From an uncultured virus (IMG/VR IMGVR_UViG_3300009081_000011) (lineage: Duplodnaviria > Heunggongvirae > Uroviricota > Caudoviricetes): a stretch of 64,000 bases of DNA. Position 1 is the first letter of the stretch; the number at the start of each line of letters is the position of its first letter. The notes under the pieces were generated by a model. The model did not search any database, was not told the origin of the DNA, and worked only from the letters and a program-made list of their open reading frames with translations. Of this stretch, positions 17,684-26,956 are shown one piece after another. The stretch lies in the IMG/VR virus record IMGVR_UViG_3300009081_000011, one strand, 5' to 3'. A program made the position numbers and the translations under genes.

Positions 17684-18223
17684 TTACTGCGCGTTCGTAA
17701 TTTCCTGAATCTCGATCGTGCTCGAAGCCGCTACCAACTGCACCAAAGGCGTTGGTTCGTCGTCGGCGCTCACTAACACTTGAACGTTGAACGCAGTGCC
17801 GACGGGCACGCCCGGCGCTACCGCAACGACGATCGAGAAAGGGATCGCCATTGTGCTCACACCCTCTGCCACTGCTCCGTCGATCAACGATCTCAGGTCT
17901 GCAGGCACAGGAAGTGAAACGCCGTTGATCTGGATCTCCACCTGAACGTTGACCGGATCCGACGAGGTGTTCTCCAGGGCGACTACGCCCGAAATGAGAA
18001 GCTTTCCTGTAACGTGCGCCGTGACAGGTACGTCCGTGCTAGGGACGCCGGTGCTTTCGATCACGTTCCATGGAATTTGAACGCCAGCAATTGGAACGTC
18101 TGTGTCTGCCAGCGGTCCCGACGCGAAGTTTCGCGCGAACGCGGCTACGTTTGGGCCTCCGGCGCCTGCGCGGGCCTCTGGGTACGTTTCGGCCGCGAAT
18201 TTGCGACCCATTCTGTGTGCCAT
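17684..18223 (-). CDS. beta-sandwich virion protein with N-terminal ETYPE motif
   Basis: MAHRMGRKFAAETYPE; paralog of 16906-17430. Confidence 0.65.
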   Translation of the reverse strand: MAHRMGRKFAAETYPEARAGAGGPNVAAFARNFASGPLADTDVPIAGVQIPWNVIESTGVPSTDVPVTAHVTGKLLISGVVALENTSSDPVNVQVEIQINGVSLPVPADLRSLIDGAVAEGVSTMAIPFSIVVAVAPGVPVGTAFNVQVLVSADDEPTPLVQLVAASSTIEIQEITNAQ

Positions 18224-18226
18224 GGT

Positions 18227-19492
18227 TCAACGCCTCTTTCTGCTCGAACTTTTGCGACGTGTTGGCCCGCGCGAGCCGCGCTTGCCTCGAGAGCCGCGGG
18301 CGCCCCTCTTGCCGCCCGTCACTGCGACGGCGACGACGCCCACGAGCGCGAGCGCGCCAATGGCGCCGGCCACGATGGCGCCGGTCGAAATCTTCTTTTC
18401 GGATCCGACGACGATCGGCTGCCCGGGGGTTGGTGCAAATGGCGGAGTAACCGGCACCGTGACCGTCGGGGTCGGCTCCGGGGGCCTCGGCGGAGGCGTC
18501 GGGACTGTTGCGCCGCTTGGAGTGTTGCTCGACCCTGGCGGCGCCCACCATGCCGGGCGAGGGCTACACCCTGCCGGTGCGCTCGGGAGCAGTCTCCGAG
18601 CGGCAGTAGCGGTGTTGTCCCCGTACTTTCCGTCGGGGGAGACGCCGAGCGCCCGCTGGGCAGCGTAGACGATGTCGAGGCTCGACTGATCGCACGGATT
18701 GATCGTTGCGAGCGCCGCTACGGGCGCCGGCACCGTGACCTGCGTGACAGACGGCGTAGGCGCCGGCATTGACGAGGGCGGGGTGAATGAAGGTGGCGGC
18801 ACTGGAGATGCGCCGGGGCAGTTCGATTGCCCTGCCGGTTTCCACCACGACGGCCTAGGGCTGCACGGACCTGGGGCATTTGGATCCACACGGCGCGCAG
18901 CGGCGGCCGTATCTTTCCCGTACTTACCGTCGACGGTGACTCCGAGAGTGCGTTGCGCTTCGCAAATGTGTGCGACGTTCGTCGGATCGCATGGATCGAG
19001 AAACGACGAGCTCGAGGGTGCGGTTGTCGCAGTGACAGGTGCCGAAGCCGTTGGAGCGGCGCTGCCTGGGCATTTGTTCGATCCCTTCGGCGCCCACCAT
19101 GCAGGCGTGGGGCTACATCCGCTGGGCGCACTCGGCACGAGAGCGCGCAACGCCGCCGCGGTCACACTTCCGTACTTTCCGTCGACCGTCACGCCGAGAA
19201 TGCTTTGGATCTGACAGACGTAGCCGACGTTCGCTTGGAGGCACGGGCCGCCCGCGATCATGAGAAGGTTCACCACGTCGGCCGCTGGATCGCCTAGTCC
19301 GAACGAGGAGCCGATCGTGCCGCCGACCGGCACGTTGATCGCTTCAAGTGGCGTGAGGGATTTCCAAGTGCGCTGCCCCGCAACGACCCTCGTAGGCTTG
19401 TGCGGGTTGGCGTTGATGAGCGTGTTCATCGGGATGCCGTACGCGCGAGCGATGCGCGACGGGCTATCCCCTGGTTTTGTCTGGTACCGCAT
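18227..19492 (-). CDS. LysM protein with three Cys-rich peptidoglycan-binding-like repeats, TM anchor and basic tail
   Basis: YQTKPGDSPSRIA..LINANP; three LGV(T/S)(V/P)DGKYG..TA.A repeats; C-terminal hydrophobic helix followed by Arg/Lys. Confidence 0.8.
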   Translation of the reverse strand: MRYQTKPGDSPSRIARAYGIPMNTLINANPHKPTRVVAGQRTWKSLTPLEAINVPVGGTIGSSFGLGDPAADVVNLLMIAGGPCLQANVGYVCQIQSILGVTVDGKYGSVTAAALRALVPSAPSGCSPTPAWWAPKGSNKCPGSAAPTASAPVTATTAPSSSSFLDPCDPTNVAHICEAQRTLGVTVDGKYGKDTAAAARRVDPNAPGPCSPRPSWWKPAGQSNCPGASPVPPPSFTPPSSMPAPTPSVTQVTVPAPVAALATINPCDQSSLDIVYAAQRALGVSPDGKYGDNTATAARRLLPSAPAGCSPRPAWWAPPGSSNTPSGATVPTPPPRPPEPTPTVTVPVTPPFAPTPGQPIVVGSEKKISTGAIVAGAIGALALVGVVAVAVTGGKRGARGSRGKRGSRGPTRRKSSSRKRR

Positions 19493-19496
19493 GTTT

Positions 19497-20162
19497 TTAG
19501 CGCTTCTTTCTCGTGGCGATGTAGACGATGCCGCCGAGGACGACAGCGCCGCCGGCAGCGATTCCGACCATCGCGCCGGTCGAGAGTTTCTTCTTTTCTT
19601 CTTGCGCGGGCCCCGGGAGCGTCGTTCCGGGGAACGGCGCCGGGAAGTCTTTCGGATTCAGCGCCACAACGGTGCGAAGCGCGTCGAGGGTGTCCTGGTC
19701 GAACACACCATCGGTGCGAAGGATGAGTGGGGATCCGTCGCGCTTCGTCATTCCGAGCTTGGAAGCGTTGAACCAAGCTTGAAAACACCCGCTCGCACGA
19801 CCGATTTCCGGAGCCCACGTCGGACACGACGTGCCCGTCGTCGAAACGATGAGGCTGTTCAACTTGGCGAGAGTTTCGGACACCCAGACTTGCTCGTTGG
19901 GCTTGAGCTGCACCCAAGCATCTGGATCGCCGGGGCCACCGATTCCGAATCCGCGAGCGCGATAGCCGTTGAACGAAACGCCAGCAAGACCTTGTGACAT
20001 TGGACTAACTCCGTCTCCGCAATCGACGCACGAGGGGCGCGCCGGTAAAAAGTTTTTTACCCACAAACAGTCGTGCACGCGAATGCCCTCGTCGGTCGGG
20101 CCTTGAACCGGATGGTCGACGACGAAGTTCGGGTGACCTGAAGCTTGCGCCGGTGTCGTCAT
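19497..20162 (-). CDS. membrane-anchored protein with PG-binding-like motif
   Basis: FQAWFN..LRTDGVFDQDTLDAL; KKKLSTG-TM-TRKKR; ATGA coupling at 20162. Confidence 0.65.
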   Translation of the reverse strand: MTTPAQASGHPNFVVDHPVQGPTDEGIRVHDCLWVKNFLPARPSCVDCGDGVSPMSQGLAGVSFNGYRARGFGIGGPGDPDAWVQLKPNEQVWVSETLAKLNSLIVSTTGTSCPTWAPEIGRASGCFQAWFNASKLGMTKRDGSPLILRTDGVFDQDTLDALRTVVALNPKDFPAPFPGTTLPGPAQEEKKKLSTGAMVGIAAGGAVVLGGIVYIATRKKR

Positions 20163-20464
20163 GGGAACCCCACTGTTGGTGGTGTGGTTGTGGCCGCTTC
20201 GTTTTTGCCGTTTGTGGCGTTCTTGCCTGCGACCCACGCGAGGACGAACGCCTCGATAGCGCTCGCGGCGGCGATCGAGTTTCGCGCCAGGTGGTCACGT
20301 TGCCCGACGAGGTAGAGGCCGCCTCCGATGAGCGCGGCACGGAGAAGCGTGCTCGCGACGACACCGACAATGCCGCTCGCGATGTTACCGCGCACGAGAG
20401 TCACGGCCGCATCCGAGGACGGAAGCGTGATGCACTGGTCGCCGAGACCGAAAGACGGGTTCAT
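20159..20464 (-). CDS. small membrane protein
   Basis: MNPSFGLGD followed by hydrophobic helices. Confidence 0.6.
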   Translation of the reverse strand: MNPSFGLGDQCITLPSSDAAVTLVRGNIASGIVGVVASTLLRAALIGGGLYLVGQRDHLARNSIAAASAIEAFVLAWVAGKNATNGKNEAATTTPPTVGFP

Positions 20465-20697
20465 GGGAACCCCAACATTCGAAGAGGCGGCCCAGAGACG
20501 CCGATTTCTTTCTTTTCGTCGACCTTCGTCACGGTCACGCCGATGAACGTGGCGACCACAGCACCGACGGCGCCGCCAATCGCCCCCGCCGTCACGCGAT
20601 CACCTCTGATGTAGAAAGCGTCAGCGAAGACGTCGGCCGCGAGCACGCCCGCAGCGCCACCGAGACCAGCAAGCAGAATCGTTCCGCCCGCGCTCAT
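20461..20697 (-). CDS. small Gly-rich membrane protein
   Basis: two Gly/Ala-rich TM helices. Confidence 0.6.
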   Translation of the reverse strand: MSAGGTILLAGLGGAAGVLAADVFADAFYIRGDRVTAGAIGGAVGAVVATFIGVTVTKVDEKKEIGVSGPPLRMLGFP

Positions 20698-21593
20698 GGT
20701 ACCTCCGGTCCGAGGTTCTCATCGAACACGAGAGCGCCCGCGATGGTTCCGTACTGTGCGAACGTCGGATACGCGACGACGAATTGATCTTCGGGACCGA
20801 GCGCCGAAAACTGCTGCGTGAGATCCGTTCCTTCCAAGAGAGCTGGATTCAGTGCCGGATCATTCTGGCGAACGCTCGCGAAGAGCACGACGTCACACGG
20901 TGTAGGGATCGGAATATCGAGTGAGTACTCGGACCAATCAGATCGCCATGGGTATCGGAGCTCGTGGATGTTGCCCAAAGAGGCTCCGAGAGGTTCGCCC
21001 CAGGGGCGCCCACCGTTCGGCGGCACGTAAGGCCCGGTCGTTTGGTAGAGGAGTGCAGGAGACTTCGCGTCCTGGTAGACGATCCCGTCCGCGTTCGCCG
21101 GGTTTCGTGTGTCGCGCGTGACCGTGTTGATGATCATCACGTGCCAAGAGATGTTTCCGTCGAAGGGGTGCCAAAGCGGGCTCGTGATCTCTTTTCGGAA
21201 GGTGACGGTGCTGCCTGCGGGCGGCCCGCTCGCTTCCGGGTTCGAGAGCGGCGCCGTTCCGGCAGGGATCCGCGCAACGAGCTCGGCGTACTGCCTGATG
21301 CCGACGAGACGAACACCGCAGTGCTCCGGGCTCTGTTCACCGCTTCGGAAGCTCGCGCGAGCAAGAATGAAAAGGTAACGCGCGTTGTTGATCTCCGAGC
21401 TCGGAGTCGCCGGCACGACGAGGCCTGTGTACGCATTCGTGTTGTACGGGTCGCTCCCGACGAACACGAACTCGGTGTTTGGCCCATTCGTGACGATCTC
21501 GTACCGGCCTTGGTTGAACCTGTTCCGCAACGCTGCGCCCGCACCCGCCGGATGCGTTTGAAGGCGCAGGATGTTGTCGGAACGACGGGCCAT
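20694..21593 (-). CDS. putative virion structural protein
   Basis: about 300 aa, TGATG-coupled to the upstream gene, in the structural operon. Confidence 0.55.
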   Translation of the reverse strand: MARRSDNILRLQTHPAGAGAALRNRFNQGRYEIVTNGPNTEFVFVGSDPYNTNAYTGLVVPATPSSEINNARYLFILARASFRSGEQSPEHCGVRLVGIRQYAELVARIPAGTAPLSNPEASGPPAGSTVTFRKEITSPLWHPFDGNISWHVMIINTVTRDTRNPANADGIVYQDAKSPALLYQTTGPYVPPNGGRPWGEPLGASLGNIHELRYPWRSDWSEYSLDIPIPTPCDVVLFASVRQNDPALNPALLEGTDLTQQFSALGPEDQFVVAYPTFAQYGTIAGALVFDENLGPEVP

Positions 21594-22195
21594 CACTTCT
21601 TCAAGAGGACGGTGAGATCTGGAACTTCGAAGCCGAGCATTTTGAGACGTGCGCGGCAGTCGGAGTCCGAAAGATCGTCGAGATCCTTCGAGTTGAACTG
21701 CCATCCGAGAAAACTGATCGTCACGTTGAACGGAACGCTCACAGGTGTTTGCGTGAGGATCGCTGCGACCTTGACGTTCTCTTGTTTGTGAAGGAGCCAA
21801 CCTTCCGGCCACGTGACGGCGAACACGTCGGCGAAGTTTCCGAGATCGGTGAAGGTGTCGTTGATCGCGTATTTCGGCGAGCCGTAGACATCCATGCGGA
21901 TGCCGACGCCCGTCTGCCCGCTCTGCTTCAACTGATTGAAGTACGACGACTGGAACGGGCTCCCGGGGAAGCTGTTCTGCTGGAACAGGTTGTACGCGAC
22001 ACGTTCGATCCACGTGTCCTGAGCGGTGTTGTTCTCGAAGCTCGCGACGACGGGCGGCGCGTTCACGGTGCTTGACGAAAACTGGATCGGAATGTCGAGG
22101 ACGGTCGGCACGCGCGGAACACCGACCACCATGCCGTAGGCAATCTTCGGCGCGTAGAGCGCGATATTTTTCACATCATAGGACTTCGGCTGCAT
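21593..22195 (-). CDS. putative minor capsid/beta-sandwich protein
   Basis: 200-aa beta-rich protein directly after the capsid candidate; RBS GGAG. Confidence 0.5.
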   Translation of the reverse strand: MQPKSYDVKNIALYAPKIAYGMVVGVPRVPTVLDIPIQFSSSTVNAPPVVASFENNTAQDTWIERVAYNLFQQNSFPGSPFQSSYFNQLKQSGQTGVGIRMDVYGSPKYAINDTFTDLGNFADVFAVTWPEGWLLHKQENVKVAAILTQTPVSVPFNVTISFLGWQFNSKDLDDLSDSDCRARLKMLGFEVPDLTVLLKK

Positions 22196-22216
22196 TGGGG
22201 GTCTCCTGAAACGCAA

Positions 22217-22252
22217 CGAGCGGCGCGGCGCTTTTGGGCGTCACGCCGCTCG
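22217..22252 (-). terminator. hairpin downstream of the capsid candidate
   Basis: CGAGCGGCG/CGCCGCTCG 9-bp stem plus inner pairing, followed by TTGCGTTT on the minus strand. Confidence 0.5.
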
Positions 22253-22282
22253 GTGCTTAGCTGACGCTACTCGTTGTTCGGA

Positions 22283-23599
22283 TCAGCCCGCGGCCGTTGG
22301 CCCCATGATCTGGGGCAGGTTGGTCTGGCAGTACGCCTTCCAGCCTCCGGGCATTTCCCAGCCCTTGATCTTGATACCGATCTTCAAGATGCCGCCCTTG
22401 AAGATCTGACGGCAGGTGTCGACCTGTTGCTGCACGAGCACCGGCGTCGCGTCGAGCGTCTGTTCGAGCATGACGTTGTTGTTGGCGATCGGGAACGCCT
22501 GCGGCACACCGGCACCGGCGAGAGCGCCGACGATCGTTGCGCACGAGAGGTTCTCGTCGATCTCCACGTTGGTGCCGAGCGGCTCGTTGTCGATGGTGAG
22601 CGCTTGCATCATGAGCGCCTGGTGCACGGCGTCTTGCGACTGGAAGAGCATACCGACCGGGATGCCGCGCTCGATGAAGCACGGGCTTTCGATCGGGCGG
22701 TACATCTGGCCCTTGCAGCCGTAGCCCTGCCACCGGAGGCCGCCCCACGTCACCGGCGCGAGATCGAAATCGCGCGTCGGGTGGAACACGCCCACGTTCT
22801 GGGTGATGCTCGCGTTGTTGACGCTGCCCACGCGCCGGAAGTTCACGGGGAGGAAGATCGTTCCCGAGCCCTTCGAGCGGTAGATCGCGTTCGTCGCAGC
22901 AACGAACTCGATGATCGGGATCTCGCTCGTGCCTGCCGCTGCGGCGTCCGCGAAGGAGCCGAAGTACGAGACGTCCGCCGCGAGCTCGTTGAGCACGAGT
23001 TCACGTTGCGAGGTCTTCCAGACGAACTGGTAGGCGTTGATGAAGTTCCAGCCCGCGCGCCACACCGGCGCACCGAACTCGAACACGGCGGGCGTCAGAG
23101 AGACTCCGTCGCCCATCGCTTCTTGCGCCTCGTCGTTCGCGGTGAACACGTCGGGGCTCGGCGGGGGCGCCGTGGTCTCCGAAGGTGCCGTAAAGGCGTT
23201 GCCGATCGTCGAGAAGCTCATCGGCTCGCAGAAGATGTGCACGCCGATGCCTTGCGCGAGGATGTCGGTCTGGAGAATGCCGTTGATGAGGAACGTCGAG
23301 TCGATCGACGCCACACCGGGCACGCTCGAGGAACCCGAGAGCAGATTGACCGTGTCGCCGAACGTTGAGAGTGCTTCGTCGGCCGTGAGCGGAAGCGGGA
23401 TCGTCCACACGACCTCTTCGATCACGGGGATGTTGCCGAATCCGCATTTGATGCACTTGTCGACGGCGCCGAGAGTTCCGGGTGAGCCAGGCTCCACGCC
23501 GAGACCGAACTGAAGCCGACGCGGCTTGTCCTTCTCGAACTTGTAGACCTGCCTGCCGAGAATGCTCTTGCCCTTGGTGCCCTTGTCTTTCGATGCCAT
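22283..23599 (-). CDS. putative major capsid protein (no HK97 signature recognised; jelly-roll suspected)
   Basis: 438 aa, beta-rich, strongly C/G-ending codons, purine-rich leader, flanked by hairpins, centre of the structural operon. Confidence 0.5.
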   Translation of the reverse strand: MASKDKGTKGKSILGRQVYKFEKDKPRRLQFGLGVEPGSPGTLGAVDKCIKCGFGNIPVIEEVVWTIPLPLTADEALSTFGDTVNLLSGSSSVPGVASIDSTFLINGILQTDILAQGIGVHIFCEPMSFSTIGNAFTAPSETTAPPPSPDVFTANDEAQEAMGDGVSLTPAVFEFGAPVWRAGWNFINAYQFVWKTSQRELVLNELAADVSYFGSFADAAAAGTSEIPIIEFVAATNAIYRSKGSGTIFLPVNFRRVGSVNNASITQNVGVFHPTRDFDLAPVTWGGLRWQGYGCKGQMYRPIESPCFIERGIPVGMLFQSQDAVHQALMMQALTIDNEPLGTNVEIDENLSCATIVGALAGAGVPQAFPIANNNVMLEQTLDATPVLVQQQVDTCRQIFKGGILKIGIKIKGWEMPGGWKAYCQTNLPQIMGPTAAG

Positions 23600-23658
23600 T
23601 TTGATTTTTCCTTCTTTCCCCGCCGTTTCTTGTGCCGACGCGGGTCGAATCCTTCTGA

Positions 23659-23718
23659 CACCTCAACCCCGGGGTTCGAGACCTACCGGGGCTGAGGTGG
23701 GGGCTTTTTTCTCAGCCC
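23659..23718 (-). promoter_or_regulatory. structured RNA element in the leader of the capsid candidate
   Basis: 14-bp stem at 23659-23699 (one G-U) and a competing 8-bp stem at 23689-23718. Confidence 0.5.
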
Positions 23719-25364
23719 ATTTTCATGAGCGGTTCCTCGGAGCCGAGTCCGAGGAATGCGCTGTACTGATCGCCTTCACCGATGCATCCGCACGAGGCGC
23801 TATCCTCGCCCGGTATCGCTCGCGGCCCCGGGCCTTGTCCCGCGGGCGGACCTGGCTCGTAGCCCACGCCGGCCGCGCGCCGAAGCGCTTGGTCGACGTT
23901 CGCGTAGGGCGAATCACCGCTGACGCCGGCCGCGCGCCTGAGCGCATCGGAAGCGCTCGCGTACGGCGAGTCGCCACCGACGCCCGCCGCGCGCCGAAGC
24001 GCCTGAGCAGCGTCCGGATACGGCGAGTCACCCGAGAGTGCGAACGGGCCCACGTCGGGGTTACCGGAGAGAACACCGGCCGGGTTGTAAGGCCCGGGCA
24101 GCGTCTTACCGTCAGCGCCCTTCTGCGCGTCCATGTTGATCTTCGCCGCGACCTCGGCTGGGTACAGACGAGCGATGACGTTCTTCTGTAGTGCCGGCGC
24201 CGAGGTGTCCTTGCCGATGAGCATCGGCAGTAGGACGTTGTTCACGAGCAACTTGAACGCATTGACGCCTGCACCGAGAGCCATGCCCTCGAGCGCCCGC
24301 TTCGCTGTTCGGTTTCGGATGAACGACGAACCGACCGCGGGGACCGCGACCATGCCGACGCTCGCACCGGCGCGTACCCAGCCGGGCATGCGCGCGATGT
24401 TGAGCGTGTTGGCGAGTGTGCCGGCGCCGTCGGACGTGAACTTGTCCTTCGGTCGTTCGCCGGTCGAGCTCGGGTCGTAGGTCGCGAGGAAGCGATCGAG
24501 CCCGTCCGCGAGGACGAAACCTAGACCTCCCGCGAGCACCGCCGTACCGAGCTCCATCGCGCTGCCCATCACTGAGGCGCGCATGTAGCGACGCCGCGGA
24601 CGACTCGAGCGAACCACGCTCGTCGCGCGAACGTGACGACGGCGACGACGGCGACGCGGTGCCGCAACCTCTGCGACCGCGCGCACACGACGACGCCTGC
24701 GCTTGCTCGACCGGCGCTTCTTGCGCCACCCTTTGCGAGCGGCCTTTCGATGACCAGCGGAGTTGCCGCGCCATGCTTTGACCGGCGCGGCGCGCATCCG
24801 ACGACGCCGACGCCTGCGGCGAGGTGCCGCGACGGCGACCGGCGCACGACGACGGCGAGCCGCCTTCACTTCGACGCGCACCCGACGCCGACGACGGCGA
24901 GTTGCGACTGCACGAGCTTTGCGCGCTCGGCGCCTACGACGCTTCGGAGCGGGAGCTGACTTCCTGGAACGGCGCCGACGACGCTTGGCTGCAACTTTTG
25001 TTCTGGCCATTGTCCTATTTTCTCCTGAACTTTCTCGTGCAACGACGGCGCGGATCCCGCGTCCGAACGGAATGGTGCGACTTACCGCCGAACCTTTGGG
25101 GTTGAACTGACGAATGCGAACGTACTGTTCGGTGACGTCCGCCTTCCCGTGCTTGTAGCCGTGAGACTTCGCCCACTCCTTGGCCTTGCTCGGCGTCCAG
25201 CCGGCGCTGCGACTGAAGAGCAGCGACTGCGGGCGCATCGATTTGCGCGGTGTCTCGACGGGAGCGGGACGTCGCGCAAAAATCGATCGAAACATCGGCC
25301 GCCTCGCGCCACGACCGCGTCGTGATTCACTGAGGTCTGCCAACCGATCGTCATAAAGGCCCAT
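23712..25364 (-). CDS. Arg-rich (protamine-like) core protein with membrane segments and C-terminal repeats
   Basis: about 140-aa tract of poly-Arg runs, hydrophobic helices, three GDSPY repeats; start uncertain, with an RBS-preceded internal ATG at 25010. Confidence 0.7.
   Translation of the reverse strand: MGLYDDRLADLSESRRGRGARRPMFRSIFARRPAPVETPRKSMRPQSLLFSRSAGWTPSKAKEWAKSHGYKHGKADVTEQYVRIRQFNPKGSAVSRTIPFGRGIRAVVARESSGENRTMARTKVAAKRRRRRSRKSAPAPKRRRRRARKARAVATRRRRRRVRVEVKAARRRRAPVAVAAPRRRRRRRRMRAAPVKAWRGNSAGHRKAARKGWRKKRRSSKRRRRRVRAVAEVAAPRRRRRRRHVRATSVVRSSRPRRRYMRASVMGSAMELGTAVLAGGLGFVLADGLDRFLATYDPSSTGERPKDKFTSDGAGTLANTLNIARMPGWVRAGASVGMVAVPAVGSSFIRNRTAKRALEGMALGAGVNAFKLLVNNVLLPMLIGKDTSAPALQKNVIARLYPAEVAAKINMDAQKGADGKTLPGPYNPAGVLSGNPDVGPFALSGDSPYPDAAQALRRAAGVGGDSPYASASDALRRAAGVSGDSPYANVDQALRRAAGVGYEPGPPAGQGPGPRAIPGEDSASCGCIGEGDQYSAFLGLGSEEPLMKMG
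23862..24032 (-). repeat. three tandem 57-nt (19-aa) coding repeats
   Basis: GDSPYxxxxxALRRAAGV(G/S) three times. Confidence 0.85.
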
Positions 25365-25612
25365 GTCACGGCTAGGCAACAGGCTTTCAATACGTATTTG
25401 TCGAGTCAACAACGCCCGCGAAGCTTGCGCGTCCCCCGGGCGTGGTTACTGTCGAAGCGCTTCAACAGCCAAGAGACAATCGCCCGTAGAAACAACAACA
25501 CGAACGAACAGTTACGTGCGGTTCGGTTTGGCGTCCTGAACAAAAATGTGCGCGCGATTACCCGTCGACGCCGTTCTCGGATTCGTTTAACGCTCGGTGT
25601 ACGCGCGTTTTA

Positions 25613-26257
25613 CTATCGGATCCACGGATAGCGCAGATCGAGCGCCGCAGACGGGTTTCCGAGCGCTCCCGCCATGCCGACGAAGTCTCCTTCGCCGCTC
25701 ACTTTCGCTTGCTTGCCCGGTTCGACCCAAAACTCACGCATGCTCGGTGGCGCTTTGCCGATTGGAAGTTTCGTGGTGCCGTCCATGCGCACCCAATCTC
25801 CCAGATCATCTTCGAACGCCATGTAGACGTGCGACGGAACATCGAACGGTTGCTTGTGACTCGAGCCGATGATCATCGCCGGGATCCCGATCGACATCAT
25901 CGCTGCGGCGAGAGTGATCGAGTGCTCGTCGCAATCACCGCCGACGACGCACAAGCCGCCCTCATCGAGACACAGCACTTGATTCGGCGTTGCCATGAAC
26001 TCGCCCATCACAGGGTCAGCAATGTACGGAACCTTTTTTCGGAAAGCGTTGAGGACGCATTGCGCTTTCTGACGACGGCCGCCAGTAGACATGCCGCACT
26101 TGTCGAGCTCTTGCGTCACCCACGCACGAAGTCGCGGACTCATTCGTGCGACCCACGCACGGTCGGCTACTTCCTGGAGAGATAGACGGGCTCCTTTGCC
26201 GCCCGACGGGTGCGGGCGAGCAACGGTTTGAACTCCTGGAACCGGCTTGTCGATCAT
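25613..26257 (-). CDS. transglutaminase-like (papain-fold) Cys-His-Asp enzyme
   Basis: VPYIADP, GDCDEHSITLAA, SHVY, WVRMDGT. Confidence 0.8.
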   Translation of the reverse strand: MIDKPVPGVQTVARPHPSGGKGARLSLQEVADRAWVARMSPRLRAWVTQELDKCGMSTGGRRQKAQCVLNAFRKKVPYIADPVMGEFMATPNQVLCLDEGGLCVVGGDCDEHSITLAAAMMSIGIPAMIIGSSHKQPFDVPSHVYMAFEDDLGDWVRMDGTTKLPIGKAPPSMREFWVEPGKQAKVSGEGDFVGMAGALGNPSAALDLRYPWIR

Positions 26258-26946
26258 CTTCGTTTTCCTGTCGCTAGGTAGATAGCGCCGGCTACCGCGC
26301 CAGCGCCGACGAGCGCAACACCAACGACTTGACCTGCACTGATCCTTTTTTGGGCTGGCGGTAGGGCAATACGAGTAGGAACGCGCGGCGCTGTTGTCGT
26401 CGCAGTGCGCGGCGGACATGGCGCGTAAGCTTCCCCGAGTATGAGACGCATCGCCTCGGCGGTTTGCAGTTCGTAGTTACCGGTGTTGATAGGTACCGGA
26501 GGCGTCTGCTCCGCGTTCCATGCAACTTTGAAATCGTGCACGGCCGAGTTCACAGACGAACCGACTCGCGCCACTTGAGCGCAATCGTCGTCGAAACCGA
26601 GAACAGCGTCGGCGCGCTTCGCTGCGGCTATGAGAGCGTCGGAGTATGCCGCTGCGAGTCCAACGCCCGGCTTTTTACCGGGCGTGACACCGTCCGCGTA
26701 AGGAAGCGCTTCGAAGTAGGATTTCGGGAGTTCGTCGAACTCTTTCGACCACCACTTGTCTGGAAGGTTCAACTTCTCGCCGGCATCGAGCTCACGAAAC
26801 GTTACGTAGCCGTTCGGGTAGGTGAGTGTCGGCTTGTGCGGGTTCGCTCGAATCAAATCGATCGAACACTTGGGGCATCCCGCCATTTCGTCCTGAGAGG
26901 CGATGCTCGCAGGACTGTCGCCGGGCTGCACTTCGTAGACGCGCAC
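26254..26946 (-). CDS. LysM-domain membrane-anchored protein
   Basis: YEVQPGDSPASIA..LIRANPHKP, paralogous to the N-terminus of 18227-19492; ISAG-TM-TGKRR. Confidence 0.75.
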   Translation of the reverse strand: MRVYEVQPGDSPASIASQDEMAGCPKCSIDLIRANPHKPTLTYPNGYVTFRELDAGEKLNLPDKWWSKEFDELPKSYFEALPYADGVTPGKKPGVGLAAAYSDALIAAAKRADAVLGFDDDCAQVARVGSSVNSAVHDFKVAWNAEQTPPVPINTGNYELQTAEAMRLILGEAYAPCPPRTATTTAPRVPTRIALPPAQKRISAGQVVGVALVGAGAVAGAIYLATGKRR

Positions 26947-26956
26947 CCCAGAAAGA

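Noticed and set aside
22274..23368. Long antisense ORFs (for example 22274-23368 +, 31336-32367 -, 45599-46729 +)
   Set aside because: Shadows of high-GC coding strands; the opposite frames carry the motifs and the operon coupling
23862..24032. 57-nt repeats as a mini CRISPR
   Set aside because: In-frame coding repeats with codon-level divergence and no unique spacers
24560..25010. Arg-rich tract as an artefact of a wrong reading frame
   Set aside because: It is continuous with protein-like domains on both sides and has an RBS-led ATG; the alternative frames are shorter and lack starts in context
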